DNA of 64,000 bases from the NCBI GenBank assembly GCA_003141835.1, contig PLNR01000006.1, positions 14,558-78,557 of the forward strand, read 5' to 3'. Below the pieces are notes generated by a model, which was not told the origin of the DNA, ran no database searches, and saw only the letters and a program-made list of their open reading frames with translations. This stretch comes from Candidatus Omnitrophota bacterium. GTDB taxonomy: Bacteria > Omnitrophota > Gorgyraeia > Pluralincolimonadales > Pluralincolimonadaceae. Each line of letters starts with the position of its first letter. The stretch's first letter is position 1. A program made the translations under genes and the position numbers. This document shows positions 19,661-28,334 of this stretch, piece by piece.

Positions 19661-19942
19661 TTATTTATTTTGCGCCTTCTTCTTATCGGGGAATAAGGCC
19701 AATACGGCGAACCCGAAGATGCTCAGGAGCCCGAGCAACCCCCAGACGCCTTTGTAGCCCTTGCCTTTAGCGTAATTCCACAGGCCCCATATCAATAGCA
19801 AGAACCCGCCGTAGATAAGGATCGCCGCGCACCAGAGGATTATACCGATATGGACATAATAACTTGCCGCGAACCCGATTATCTGCGCCAGTATGCCGAA
19901 TCCCACCCCTATATTCGTCTTTAGCCTGTACTCCCCTATCAT
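19661..19942 (-). CDS. Small membrane protein (2-3 TM), unknown function
   Basis: 93 codons and highly hydrophobic. Stop/start overlap with the downstream OGG gene. Confidence 0.35.
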   Translation of the reverse strand: MIGEYRLKTNIGVGFGILAQIIGFAASYYVHIGIILWCAAILIYGGFLLLIWGLWNYAKGKGYKGVWGLLGLLSIFGFAVLALFPDKKKAQNK

Positions 19943-20781
19943 GATCTCTCCTTTTCGTGCCTTAAGTAATGGTATAAGTATTCCTGCGCGTATCCCGCGT
20001 AGCCGCCGAAACGTTCCCGCGCGAACTCCGCGGCTTTCTCCGGGGTGACCGCCTTCCCGTTAAAATACAACTCCTCGAGGCCCCTCTTTATCCATACGTC
20101 TACGGGAAAGGCCTCGTATCTCTTGAACGAAAAGAGCAGGACGCAATCCGCGACCTTCCCGCCCACGCCCTTAAGCGTCATCAGCCTTTCCTTCGCTTCC
20201 CCATAGTTTAAATCCTCGAGCGCATCCAAGTCAAACTTTTTCGAGGCCACCTTTTGCGCGGTATCCTTTATATAACCGGCCCTGAAACCGAGGCCGAGCC
20301 CTTTGAGCTCCTTCATTCCGGCCTTCGCGATCTTGCCGGCCGGAGGGAAGGAGTAGATCTCGGTCCCGCCCAGCACCAGCCTTTTTCCTAACCTTCGCGA
20401 GAGGCTGGCTATCATCTTTTTTATGCGCGGGATATTCGTATACGAGGAAAGGATGAACGAGGCGAGGCATTCCCACCGGTCCTGGTTCAGTATCCTCAAA
20501 CCGCGGTATTTTTTTATTGCCTTTTTTATATTCGGGTCCCCGCCTATTTTCTTATATATGCGAGGCAGGTCTTCGTTCAGCCCGAAATAATCGGCTATCC
20601 GTTTTTTGTCCGCGCCCGGGGATGCCTCGACGGCAAGCTTTCTTCCGTCGAAGGAGACCTTTACCGCCGCATCGCCTATTACACCGGTATAAAAACTGCC
20701 GGACTTTTCCCACCGGAACGCCTGTCCGCATTCCAGCGTATGTTCGAGGTTAAAATCTGAGACCGGTAAGCTGAATTTCAA
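19939..20781 (-). CDS. ogg: 8-oxoguanine DNA glycosylase / AP lyase (OGG1-like HhH-GPD family)
   Basis: LECGQAFRWEK N-terminal motif. HhH-GPD LMTLKGVGGKVADCVLLF with catalytic Lys/Asp spacing. Confidence 0.75.
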   Translation of the reverse strand: MKFSLPVSDFNLEHTLECGQAFRWEKSGSFYTGVIGDAAVKVSFDGRKLAVEASPGADKKRIADYFGLNEDLPRIYKKIGGDPNIKKAIKKYRGLRILNQDRWECLASFILSSYTNIPRIKKMIASLSRRLGKRLVLGGTEIYSFPPAGKIAKAGMKELKGLGLGFRAGYIKDTAQKVASKKFDLDALEDLNYGEAKERLMTLKGVGGKVADCVLLFSFKRYEAFPVDVWIKRGLEELYFNGKAVTPEKAAEFARERFGGYAGYAQEYLYHYLRHEKERS

Positions 20782-20782
20782 G

Positions 20783-21337
20783 CTATTTTACCTTCGGTAG
20801 GACTATCCCCTGCTGCGCCTGGTATTTGCCTTTCCTGTCCCCGTATGTCACTTCCGGCGCTTCGTCGCATTCGTAAAAGAGGAGTTGCGCGATCCCTTCT
20901 TTGGAATATATTTTCGCGGGGTGCGGCGTCGTGTTAGAGATGGCCATTGTAAGATAGCCCTCCCAGGTCGGCTCAAGCGGGCTGATATTTACGAGTATAC
21001 CGCAGCGGCAATACGTGGACTTTCCGAAACAGATGGCGATGACCTTCTCCGGCATCTTGAAATATTCGAGCGAGCGGGCGAGGACGAACGAGTTCGGCGG
21101 GATGACGCATTCCTTCCCCTTGAAATCAACGAAGGAATTCGGGTCGATATGCTTTGGGTCTACGACGGGATCACCGGTGCCGACGAATACCTTGAATTCG
21201 TCATGGGCCCTTATATCATAACCGAAGCTCGAGAGCCCGTAACTTATATGGCCCTCAGAGACCTGGTGGTCGATAAAAGGTTCGATCATCCCGGCCTCGA
21301 GGGCCATCTTTTTGATCCAGCGATCAGGTTTGATCAT
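20783..21337 (-). CDS. dcd: dCTP deaminase
   Basis: GMIEPF...SFGYDIR...VLARSLEYF...[22 protein letters not shown]. Confidence 0.9.
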   Translation of the reverse strand: MIKPDRWIKKMALEAGMIEPFIDHQVSEGHISYGLSSFGYDIRAHDEFKVFVGTGDPVVDPKHIDPNSFVDFKGKECVIPPNSFVLARSLEYFKMPEKVIAICFGKSTYCRCGILVNISPLEPTWEGYLTMAISNTTPHPAKIYSKEGIAQLLFYECDEAPEVTYGDRKGKYQAQQGIVLPKVK

Positions 21338-23677
21338 TTAACCGCACTTGGAATAGCCGCACGCCTTGCAGACCATGCAGCCTTCGACGTGCTGGAGCGC
21401 GCCGCTGCAATCCGGGCAGACGCCTACGACGTTGCCGAGCTTGCCCTTGGCTTCGACCTTCACTTCCGGCGAGGCCTGCGGAGCCGCGGCGACGTCCTGC
21501 GCTTTCCTGTTCAGCAGCCGCCTTTCGACTACTTTGGCGATAGCGTCAGCGCAGGAGAATATCCTTCCGCCTTTCTCCCATGAGGGATTGGGGCATCTTA
21601 TCCCGTTCAACTGCTCTATTACGGAATGTGTATCGAGACCGCAGCGCAGCGCCAATGAAACGAGCCTGCCTATCGCCTCGAGCTGGCTTGCCGCGCAGCC
21701 GCCGGCCTTGCCCATCTGCGTGAATACCTCGAACGGCATCCCATTCTCATCCTCATTTATAGTTATATAGAGGTTGCCGCAGCCTGTAAGTATCTTCGTT
21801 GTCGTGCCCCTGGTGACCTCCGGCCTCGGGCGCGGCGATGTGCGCGCCTTCTCTTCGGGCTTCGCGGATTGGACCTCGATCCCTTCCGCATTTTCCGCCG
21901 ACGGCTTTTCTTTCGTGCGCGCTATATAAAGGACTTGCTCCTCGCGGCTTCCGTCGCGATATATGGTCACGCCCTTACATCCCGTCTTATACGCGAGCAG
22001 GTAGACTTCCTGTACATCGTCCGGGGTCGCGTTATGCGAAAAGTTGACCGTCTTGGAAACGGCATTATCCGTGTATTTCTGGAAAGCTGCCTGCATCCTG
22101 ATATGCCAGACCGGCGTTATGTCGTGCGCGGTCACGAATATCCTCTTTACGTCCTCCGGGATCCCTTCTATATCGTGGAGCGTGCCCTTCTCGGCGATCT
22201 TCTGCATCAGTTCATCGGAATAAAAACCGCGTTCCCTCGCGACGTCCTCGAACAATTTATTGACCTCGACCAGCTTCGTCTTGTCCATCACCTCGCGGTA
22301 ATACGATATGGCGAAAACCGGCTCGATCCCGCTCGATGTGTCGGCGAGTATCGAGAGCGTGCCGGTCGGGGCTATGGTCGTCAGGGTCGCATTCCTTAAG
22401 CTCGGCCCGTCGGAATAGACGGAGCTCGAGAAATTCGGGAACGGGCCTCTCCTTAACGCGAGAGCGTGCGCCTCCCTCCTCGACTCTTCCTGGATGAACG
22501 ACATTATCTTCTCGGCCAGTTCTATCGCTTCGTCGGAATTATACGGGATGCCGAGCTTTATGAGCATCTCGGCGAAACCCATTACCCCGAGGCCGATCTT
22601 CCTGTTGGCCTTGGTCATCGTCTCGATCTGCGGGAGCGGGAACTTGTTCATGTCGATGACGTTATCGAGGAAATGGATGGCGAGCTTCGTCGTCCGGCGC
22701 AGCTTCTCCCAGTCGAGTTGGGGGACTGCGGAATCCGCGCTGACCATCTTTGAGAGGTTTATCGAACCGAGGTTGCAGCTTTCGTAAGGAAGCAGCGGCT
22801 GTTCGCCGCACGGGTTGGTAGATTCTATCGCGCCGATCTGCGGCGTGGGGTTCGAGCTGTTTATCCTGTCGATGAATATGATGCCCGGCTCGCCGTTCTT
22901 CCACGCCCTCTTGACTATCATGTCGAACACTTCGCGGGCCTTGAGGCGGCCGAATACTTTTTTGTTATGCGGGGCGATGAGGTCGTATTCCTCGTCGCGC
23001 TCGACCCTCTTCATGAACTCCTCGGTGATCGCCACCGAGATGTTGAAATTCGTTATGTCCTTGTCAGTCTCCTTGCATTTTATGAAATCGAGGATGTCCG
23101 GATGGTCGACGCGCAGTATGCCCATGTTCGCGCCGCGGCGCGTGCCGCCCTGCTTGACCGCGTGCGTTGCCGCGTCGAATACTTTCATGAAAGATACCGG
23201 TCCGCTCGCGATGCCGCCGGTAGTCTTTACCATCGAGTTGGCCGGGCGCAGCCTTGAGAAAGAGAACCCGGTGCCTCCGCCTGAACGGTGTATGAGCGCC
23301 GTGTTCTTTATCGCCTCGAATATCGATTCCATCGAGTCTTCGACCGGCAGGACAAAACACGCGGAGAGCTGCTGAAGCTCGCGTCCGGCGTTCATCAAGG
23401 TCGGTGAATTCGGAAGGAAATCCAGGTTGTATATTATGGAGTAAAATTCATCCTCAAGTTTTGCGACATTATAATCCGGATCGTAATATGAGTCCGCTGA
23501 AGCTATATTATGCGCTACCCGCCTGAAGAGCTCCTCCGGGGTCTCTATGACGCGGCCTTCCGAGTCCTTTCTTAGATAACGTTTCTCCAGGACTTTCTTA
23601 GAATTGGCTGACAAGCCATTCTTGATACCCGTATCCCCCATAACCAAGCCCCCCTTTCCAACCGCCAGTATAGTCAA
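21338..23677 (-). CDS. nrdJ: Class II (adenosylcobalamin-dependent) ribonucleotide reductase NrdJ. The true start is probably the internal Met at about 23641.
   Basis: LEKRYLRKD N-terminal motif. PCGEQPL/ESCNLGS active-site region. C-terminal Zn-ribbon CPDCSGALQHVEGCMVCKACGYS. Confidence 0.9.
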   Translation of the reverse strand: MTILAVGKGGLVMGDTGIKNGLSANSKKVLEKRYLRKDSEGRVIETPEELFRRVAHNIASADSYYDPDYNVAKLEDEFYSIIYNLDFLPNSPTLMNAGRELQQLSACFVLPVEDSMESIFEAIKNTALIHRSGGGTGFSFSRLRPANSMVKTTGGIASGPVSFMKVFDAATHAVKQGGTRRGANMGILRVDHPDILDFIKCKETDKDITNFNISVAITEEFMKRVERDEEYDLIAPHNKKVFGRLKAREVFDMIVKRAWKNGEPGIIFIDRINSSNPTPQIGAIESTNPCGEQPLLPYESCNLGSINLSKMVSADSAVPQLDWEKLRRTTKLAIHFLDNVIDMNKFPLPQIETMTKANRKIGLGVMGFAEMLIKLGIPYNSDEAIELAEKIMSFIQEESRREAHALALRRGPFPNFSSSVYSDGPSLRNATLTTIAPTGTLSILADTSSGIEPVFAISYYREVMDKTKLVEVNKLFEDVARERGFYSDELMQKIAEKGTLHDIEGIPEDVKRIFVTAHDITPVWHIRMQAAFQKYTDNAVSKTVNFSHNATPDDVQEVYLLAYKTGCKGVTIYRDGSREEQVLYIARTKEKPSAENAEGIEVQSAKPEEKARTSPRPRPEVTRGTTTKILTGCGNLYITINEDENGMPFEVFTQMGKAGGCAASQLEAIGRLVSLALRCGLDTHSVIEQLNGIRCPNPSWEKGGRIFSCADAIAKVVERRLLNRKAQDVAAAPQASPEVKVEAKGKLGNVVGVCPDCSGALQHVEGCMVCKACGYSKCG

Positions 23678-23718
23678 CCGCTAGTATAGTGTCAAGGAAA
23701 AAATACTACATATTGTGT
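23664..23718 (-). promoter_or_regulatory. Candidate NrdR operator: tandem NrdR-box-like sites overlapping the nrdJ 5' end
   Basis: atactacatattgtgt (23703-23718) matches 14 of 16 positions of the NrdR-box consensus acaCwAtATaTwGtgt. The half-site agtatagt is repeated at 23666-23673 and 23683-23690. Confidence 0.35.
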
Positions 23719-23735
23719 TTTCCGTCAAAAAATCA

Positions 23736-23814
23736 GGGGACGCTCCATTGGGGGACACTCCATTTCTACCGTCTCTCATTACGATATGGGATGTCCCCCA
23801 ATGGGACGTCCCCC
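23736..23814. repeat. Full-length (~79 bp) palindromic member of the GGGACGTCCCC repeat family (element B), located in the nrdJ leader
   Basis: Left arm ggggacgctccattgggggacactccat pairs with right arm atgggatgtcccccaatgggacgtcccc. The arms are homologous to element A at 9250..9326. Confidence 0.75.
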
Positions 23815-23963
23815 AGGCAAAGGTTGTTACTTCTTGGGTTTCTTCTTACCGCAACCGCATGATCCGCACATCGTATTCTCTCCTCTGGTTCGACTTCGCT
23901 CACCATCCCTCGAGCTATCCTGAACGCTCCGAGGGATTTTCATCCCTTGCGTATCTGGCAATA

Positions 23964-23991
23964 ATTATACCATCTTTTTTCAATTCCGCAA
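23964..23991 (-). promoter_or_regulatory. Candidate sigma70 promoter with extended -10, driving the nrdJ leader
   Basis: On the minus strand the sequence reads TTGCGG-N16-TGgTATAAT. It lies just 3' of gpmA and about 290 nt upstream of nrdJ. Confidence 0.45.
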
Positions 23992-24029
23992 TGATATCTT
24001 TTCCGCGCTTTTTCCTCTTCGCGGCCCCC

Positions 24030-24779
24030 CTATTTTTTGGCTTTGCCCTGGTTGGCGACGGCTTCCATCGCCTTTTTGACCTCTTCCGGGTCGCCGAGGT
24101 AGTAATGCTTTATCGGCTTCAGGTTATCGTCAAGTTCGTAGACGAGTGGTAATCCTGTAGGTATGTTTAAACTGACGATGTCATTGTCCGATATATTGTC
24201 GAGATACTTCACTAGTGCCCTTAAGGAATTACCATGTGCCGCGATTATTACGCGCTTGCCGCTCTTTACTACCGGCGCGATCGTCTCGTGCCAGTAAGGA
24301 AGGAATCTCGCGACGGTATCCTTAAGGCATTCGGTCAACGGTATCTCGCCCTGTTTTAAATTTTTATAGCGCGGGTCGTTCTCCGGGCTGCGCGGGTCGT
24401 TCTTGTCTAACGGCGGCGGCGGAGTATCATAGCTGCGGCGCCAGACCAAAACCTGCTCTTCGCCGAATTTCGCCGCCATCTCGGATTTATTGAGGCCCTG
24501 TAAAGAGCCGTAATGCCTCTCGTTCAATCGCCATGAATTATATACGGGTATCCACATCAGGTCCATCCCGTCGAGGGTGATCCATAGCGTGCGTATGGCC
24601 CTTTTAAGGACGGATGTGAACGCGACGTCGAATACGAACCCTTCTTTCTTCAATACCTCGCCTGCCCTTTTGGCCTCAGCCAAGCCTTTCTCGGAAAGGT
24701 CGACGTCTGTCCAGCCGGTGAAACGGTTCTCCTTGTTCCAGGTGCTCTCTCCGTGGCGAAGTAATACGATTTTATACAT
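24030..24779 (-). CDS. gpmA: 2,3-bisphosphoglycerate-dependent phosphoglycerate mutase
   Basis: [27 protein letters not shown]...[15 protein letters not shown]... Confidence 0.9.
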   Translation of the reverse strand: MYKIVLLRHGESTWNKENRFTGWTDVDLSEKGLAEAKRAGEVLKKEGFVFDVAFTSVLKRAIRTLWITLDGMDLMWIPVYNSWRLNERHYGSLQGLNKSEMAAKFGEEQVLVWRRSYDTPPPPLDKNDPRSPENDPRYKNLKQGEIPLTECLKDTVARFLPYWHETIAPVVKSGKRVIIAAHGNSLRALVKYLDNISDNDIVSLNIPTGLPLVYELDDNLKPIKHYYLGDPEEVKKAMEAVANQGKAKK

Positions 24780-24803
24780 TAAATTCTCCTTCAGGGTTGC
24801 AAC

Positions 24804-24879
24804 GGGTGACTGCCGACGGAGCCCTTGGCCCTTTTGCCCGAAGCAAAAGGGACGAGGTGCTCGGCAGGCAGGACCCGCC
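24804..24879. repeat. 77-nt structured repeat, copy 2 (inverted relative to copy 1 at 1724..1800)
   Basis: gggtgactgccgacggagcccttggcccttttgcccgaagcaaaagggacgaggtgctcggcaggcaggacccgcc differs from the reverse complement of copy 1 by one indel and one substitution. Confidence 0.85.
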
Positions 24880-24964
24880 GGGATCCTATGCCTTAGACCT
24901 ACCCTGTGAACTGACCTCTTCGGGTCGATTCACAGGGTGGTAATTACATCTATTAGGGGTACCA

Positions 24965-26953
24965 TTATACCTTAAACGCTTCTTCAAATTCAACATCGTC
25001 GTCGAAGCCTTCGCCTGCTCGCTCGACGTCCATGAACCGCTCGAGAATGCTGCCCTCTTTAAGGAACCGCGAGACCTCGGTGAATATCGAGCCTGTATTG
25101 CCTCCGGCATAACTTTTCATCCAGCGGGCGGAACGGTCTATGGCAGGTTTTAAAAGTATGAGGTTCTCTTTTGCCCGCGTAGCTGCCACGTAAAACAGGC
25201 GGCGTTCCTCTTCTATCGCGTCGTTATCGTCCATCGACTGGTATGACGGCAGGTGCCCTTCGGCCACGTATATGACGAAGACCGTGTGCCACTCGAGCCC
25301 TTTTGCCGAATGTATCGTCGAAAGGGTCATCGCATGCTCGTGCTTTCCCCTGAATCCCGCTTCCAGGACGCTCTTCTCCGGCGGCTCGAGCGCCATGTCG
25401 GTCAGGAAGGTCTCGAGCGACTTATACCTGGAAGCAATGCGCTCAAGCGAATTCAAATCCGGCGCGCGCCTGTGGAAATCGTCGTATTTCGCCTTGAGCA
25501 GCGGGTCGTAATATTTCAGGAATTCCTTAAGGATTTCGACCGGGGCATATTTCTCCGGCTTCAATTCTTTCAGCATATCAATAAGATTTACGAGGTCTGC
25601 GGATTTCTTCAATACTTCCTTGTCGACCTCAAGGCCCTTCTTCTTCTCTATTATCTGCTCAGTTATCTTCGCGGCGGTCTTCTGCCCGATGCCGCGCATC
25701 AATAACAGCGCCCTGTGCCAGCTCACCTGGTCGTCGGGATTATGGATTATGCGCAGATATGAGATGACGTCCTTTATATGCGCCGCCTCGACGAACCTCT
25801 GCCCGCCGTACTTGACGAACGGGATGTCGTGGTTGGCGAGCTCGACTTCAAGGTCGTTAGAATGCCAGCCGGCGCGGAAGAGCACGGCGATCTCTTTAAG
25901 CATTACGCCTTCATCGACCAGCTCCATTATCTTCTGTACGATATACCTGGACTGGGTATTTTCATCCCGCGCCTCCACGAAGACAGGGCAGTTCCCCTCG
26001 CGCTTCTTCGTGAAGAGGACCTTCTCGAACTTCTCCTCGGCATTCTTTATGACCTCGTTGGTCAGGTCGAGTATCTGCTGGGTCGAGCGGTAGTTCTCCT
26101 CAAGCATTATCACCTTGGCGCCCTTGAAGACCTTGGGAAAATCTATGATATTCTTGAAATTCGCGCCGCGGAACGAATATATGCTCTGCGAATCGTCTCC
26201 GACGACCATCACGTTATCGTGTTCGGCCGCCAGGAGCCGGACGATATCGGCCTGCAGCTTGTTAGTGTCCTGGTATTCATCGACCATTATATACTGGTAC
26301 TGTTCCGAAAGCTTTGAGCGGACGTCTTTGTGGTCCTGCAGGAGCTTTTTGAGGAATACGAGCAGGTCGTCATAATCCATGAGCGACTTCTCGCGCTTGT
26401 ATTTGATGTATCCCTCTTTTATCTTCTTTATCGCGTTCTCCCACTCGAGGAACTGGGGATATTCGAGCTCGAGGACATTGCCGATATCATCGGATTTATT
26501 GACCGACTTTGAGATGACGTCGAGGAGCGCTCCCTTGCGCGGGAAATGTTTCTCGAGGTGGTCGAAGCCGAGCTTGACGCGCACGACATTTACCGCGTCC
26601 TCGGCGTCGGATTCGTCCATTATCGTGAAATTGCCGGGGTATTCTACGAGTTTGGAGTATTTACGCAGGACCTTGTTCGCGAATGAATGGAAAGTCCCTC
26701 CGGCGACCCGTTCGCAGCGGTCGTCAAGGAGTTTCGCGGCGCGGACGAGCATCTCTTCGGACGCCTTGCGGGTAAAAGTAAGAAGCAATATCCGGTCCGG
26801 CTTGATGCCTTTCTCAACGAGGTACGCCACGCGGTATACCAGGGTGCGCGTTTTGCCGCTCCCGGCGCCTGCGATGACAAGGTACGGCCCTTCGGTGGAT
26901 TCAACAGCTTTGAGCTGGGCGGGATTTAATTCTTTTTTATAATCTATTTTCAT
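24965..26953 (-). CDS. UvrD/PcrA/Rep family ATP-dependent DNA helicase
   Basis: LNPAQLKAVE...LVIAGAGSGKTRTLVYRVAYL and the helicase motifs (DEYQDTN, ...). Confidence 0.85.
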   Translation of the reverse strand: MKIDYKKELNPAQLKAVESTEGPYLVIAGAGSGKTRTLVYRVAYLVEKGIKPDRILLLTFTRKASEEMLVRAAKLLDDRCERVAGGTFHSFANKVLRKYSKLVEYPGNFTIMDESDAEDAVNVVRVKLGFDHLEKHFPRKGALLDVISKSVNKSDDIGNVLELEYPQFLEWENAIKKIKEGYIKYKREKSLMDYDDLLVFLKKLLQDHKDVRSKLSEQYQYIMVDEYQDTNKLQADIVRLLAAEHDNVMVVGDDSQSIYSFRGANFKNIIDFPKVFKGAKVIMLEENYRSTQQILDLTNEVIKNAEEKFEKVLFTKKREGNCPVFVEARDENTQSRYIVQKIMELVDEGVMLKEIAVLFRAGWHSNDLEVELANHDIPFVKYGGQRFVEAAHIKDVISYLRIIHNPDDQVSWHRALLLMRGIGQKTAAKITEQIIEKKKGLEVDKEVLKKSADLVNLIDMLKELKPEKYAPVEILKEFLKYYDPLLKAKYDDFHRRAPDLNSLERIASRYKSLETFLTDMALEPPEKSVLEAGFRGKHEHAMTLSTIHSAKGLEWHTVFVIYVAEGHLPSYQSMDDNDAIEEERRLFYVAATRAKENLILLKPAIDRSARWMKSYAGGNTGSIFTEVSRFLKEGSILERFMDVERAGEGFDDDVEFEEAFKV

Positions 26954-27374
26954 TCTGGGCTTTTTCGACCATCTGGCGTTCCGAGGGATAGGTCATTATC
27001 TTCAAGGCTTCTTCCAGCGGAAGCCAACGCACTTCTTCGGCGTCAGTGTCGTGGTCGGCGGTGCTCCCCGATTCATATTTAACTAAATAGAAATATACCG
27101 TCTTGTGGACACGCGCATCGTCCTCATCCGAGTAGAACCAGTAATTTATCTTTCCGAGGTCATTCTCGATCGTGCCGGTGAGACCGGTCTCTTCCCTTAT
27201 CTCGCGGAGGGCCGCCTGCTGGGGGGTCTCGGGTTTCTCTATCTTTCCTTTGGGAAGGCAGAATATCTTACCCTCCCCGCGGGTGAGGATCGCTACTTCG
27301 GTCGTCTTGCCTGCCTTGCGGTACACGACGCCGCCCGCAGAGAATTGTTCTTTGGTCTTCATAACCTCACTCAT
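26937..27374 (-). CDS. NUDIX hydrolase
   Basis: Nudix box GKIEKPETPQQAALREIREETGL. Confidence 0.8.
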   Translation of the reverse strand: MSEVMKTKEQFSAGGVVYRKAGKTTEVAILTRGEGKIFCLPKGKIEKPETPQQAALREIREETGLTGTIENDLGKINYWFYSDEDDARVHKTVYFYLVKYESGSTADHDTDAEEVRWLPLEEALKIMTYPSERQMVEKAQNENRL

Positions 27375-27394
27375 GGTTGTGCCTGAGGGGACTC

Positions 27395-27420
27395 ATGGTT
27401 GATCCGATCGGATCAACCAT
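27395..27420. promoter_or_regulatory. Perfect 26-bp palindrome, a candidate operator upstream of the NUDIX gene
   Basis: atggttgatccgatcggatcaaccat is self-complementary. The direct repeat actcatggttg also occurs at 27369-27379 (overlapping the NUDIX ATG) and at 27391-27401. Confidence 0.4.
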
Positions 27421-27448
27421 TTCGCCATTACCCCTAATAGCGGGGCTC

Positions 27449-27545
27449 AAAAAAAAGGCCTCCTTCATTACCTCTGAGGTGAGCCGACATACAGCACCAC
27501 CGGGCAGCTTGAAACCGCCCAACCGTCGACATTCTAGTCGAAGGC
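27449..27545 (-). terminator. Structured element: a 16-bp long-range helix enclosing nested hairpins, followed by a U8 tract on the minus strand. Either an unusual intrinsic terminator or a small structured RNA.
   Basis: ggcctccttcattacc (27457-27472) pairs with ggtaatgaaggaggcc-like sequence at 27529-27545. Plus-strand A8 lies at 27449-27456. Inner hairpins include tcgac...gtcga and gggcgg...ctgccc. Confidence 0.35.
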
Positions 27546-27570
27546 AATGAAGGAGGTCCGGGGAGATTTA

Positions 27571-27777
27571 TTATTTCTTCTCTTTCTTCTCTTCCAGGGA
27601 GTCTTTTATCTCGCCGATCCCCGCCATCACCGCGAGAAGTCCGCCGAGTAAAAGTATCATGACCAGCCCGGATTTGAGGAAGCCCACTATATATTCTTCC
27701 CACCAGTTGACCAGGCCAACCACTCCGAGGACGATGGCGATCAGTCCGCCGATTACAGAGAGATATTTGCTCACCAT
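27571..27777 (-). CDS. Small membrane protein (2 TM), unknown function
   Basis: 68 codons. Hydrophobic core with a KKEKK tail. Confidence 0.4.
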   Translation of the reverse strand: MVSKYLSVIGGLIAIVLGVVGLVNWWEEYIVGFLKSGLVMILLLGGLLAVMAGIGEIKDSLEEKKEKK

Positions 27778-27839
27778 CTACCTCCTGAGACTTTCATTTC
27801 AAAAGAACCATTAGAATTATATCACCCAAAAGCGCTTTG

Positions 27840-28325
27840 TCAAGGGATTTTATAACCGATTTTTCTCAACAGGTCCTTCCGCCATTTGACGCCGGATTCG
27901 TCCTCTACGCCTTTCGGTTTCGCTCCGTCTATCACGCCGAGGATGCCCCTGCCGCCTTCGGTTTCGGCTATGACCAGCTCGACCGGGTTTGCGGTAGCAC
28001 AGTAGATCCCGCATACCTCGGGAATGCCTTTTATAGCGTTCAGGACGTTTATCGGGTATGAATCCTTCATTATGATGACAAAACAGTGCCCCGCGCCGAT
28101 GGCGAGAGCATTCTTTTCGGCAAGTTTTTTCAGGCCGTCATCAGTGCCCGTAGACCTGACAAGGCACGCGCCGGACGACTCGCAGAAAGCCATTCCGAAT
28201 TTTATTCCCGGCACCGCCGTCACCATCGCCTCGTGGATATCCTCGACCGTCTTGATGAAATGGGACTGGCCGATTATGATATTATATTCCGCGGGCTTCT
28301 CTATCTTTACGGTCTTGGTTTCCAT
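27840..28325 (-). CDS. Small conserved protein, tentatively adenosine-specific-kinase-like (PF04008-like) family
   Basis: IIGQSHFIKTVEDIHEAM...GIKFGMAFCESSG...AIGAGHCFVIIM...IYCATANPVELV resembles the archaeal PF04008 family. Assigned from memory only. Confidence 0.35.
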   Translation of the reverse strand: METKTVKIEKPAEYNIIIGQSHFIKTVEDIHEAMVTAVPGIKFGMAFCESSGACLVRSTGTDDGLKKLAEKNALAIGAGHCFVIIMKDSYPINVLNAIKGIPEVCGIYCATANPVELVIAETEGGRGILGVIDGAKPKGVEDESGVKWRKDLLRKIGYKIP

Positions 28326-28334
28326 GGTCCCCTC

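Noticed and set aside
23678-23960. Cobalamin riboswitch upstream of the RNR gene
   Set aside because: No B12-box (AGYCMGGAAGRCCKGCC-like) or matching multi-stem architecture is present. In addition, nrdJ is B12-dependent, so B12-repression would be unexpected.
23715-24152. 145-codon plus-strand ORF upstream of nrdJ
   Set aside because: It is low-complexity, overlaps the palindromic repeat and the gpmA 3' end, and lies antisense to the predicted leader. It is most likely spurious.
1724-24879. The 23-kb segment bounded by the inverted 77-nt repeats as a composite transposon or integrative element
   Set aside because: The content is core housekeeping (mla, accA, folE, mnmE, folC, purH, nrdJ, gpmA). 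There is no integrase or transposase. GC content is uniform.
24793-24964. tRNA or tmRNA-like gene in the gpmA-uvrD intergenic region
   Set aside because: No acceptor/D/anticodon/T cloverleaf can be drawn. A GGGTCGATTCA string resembles a T-loop, but it sits inside a simple palindrome (ccctgtgaa...ttcacaggg).
27420-27560. Possible 4.5S/SRP RNA, because of a GGUGCUGU-like string and a long closing helix
   Set aside because: It lacks the conserved domain-IV features: the GNRA tetraloop with GGAAG..AGCAGCC symmetric and asymmetric loop motifs. It is kept only as an unclassified structured element.
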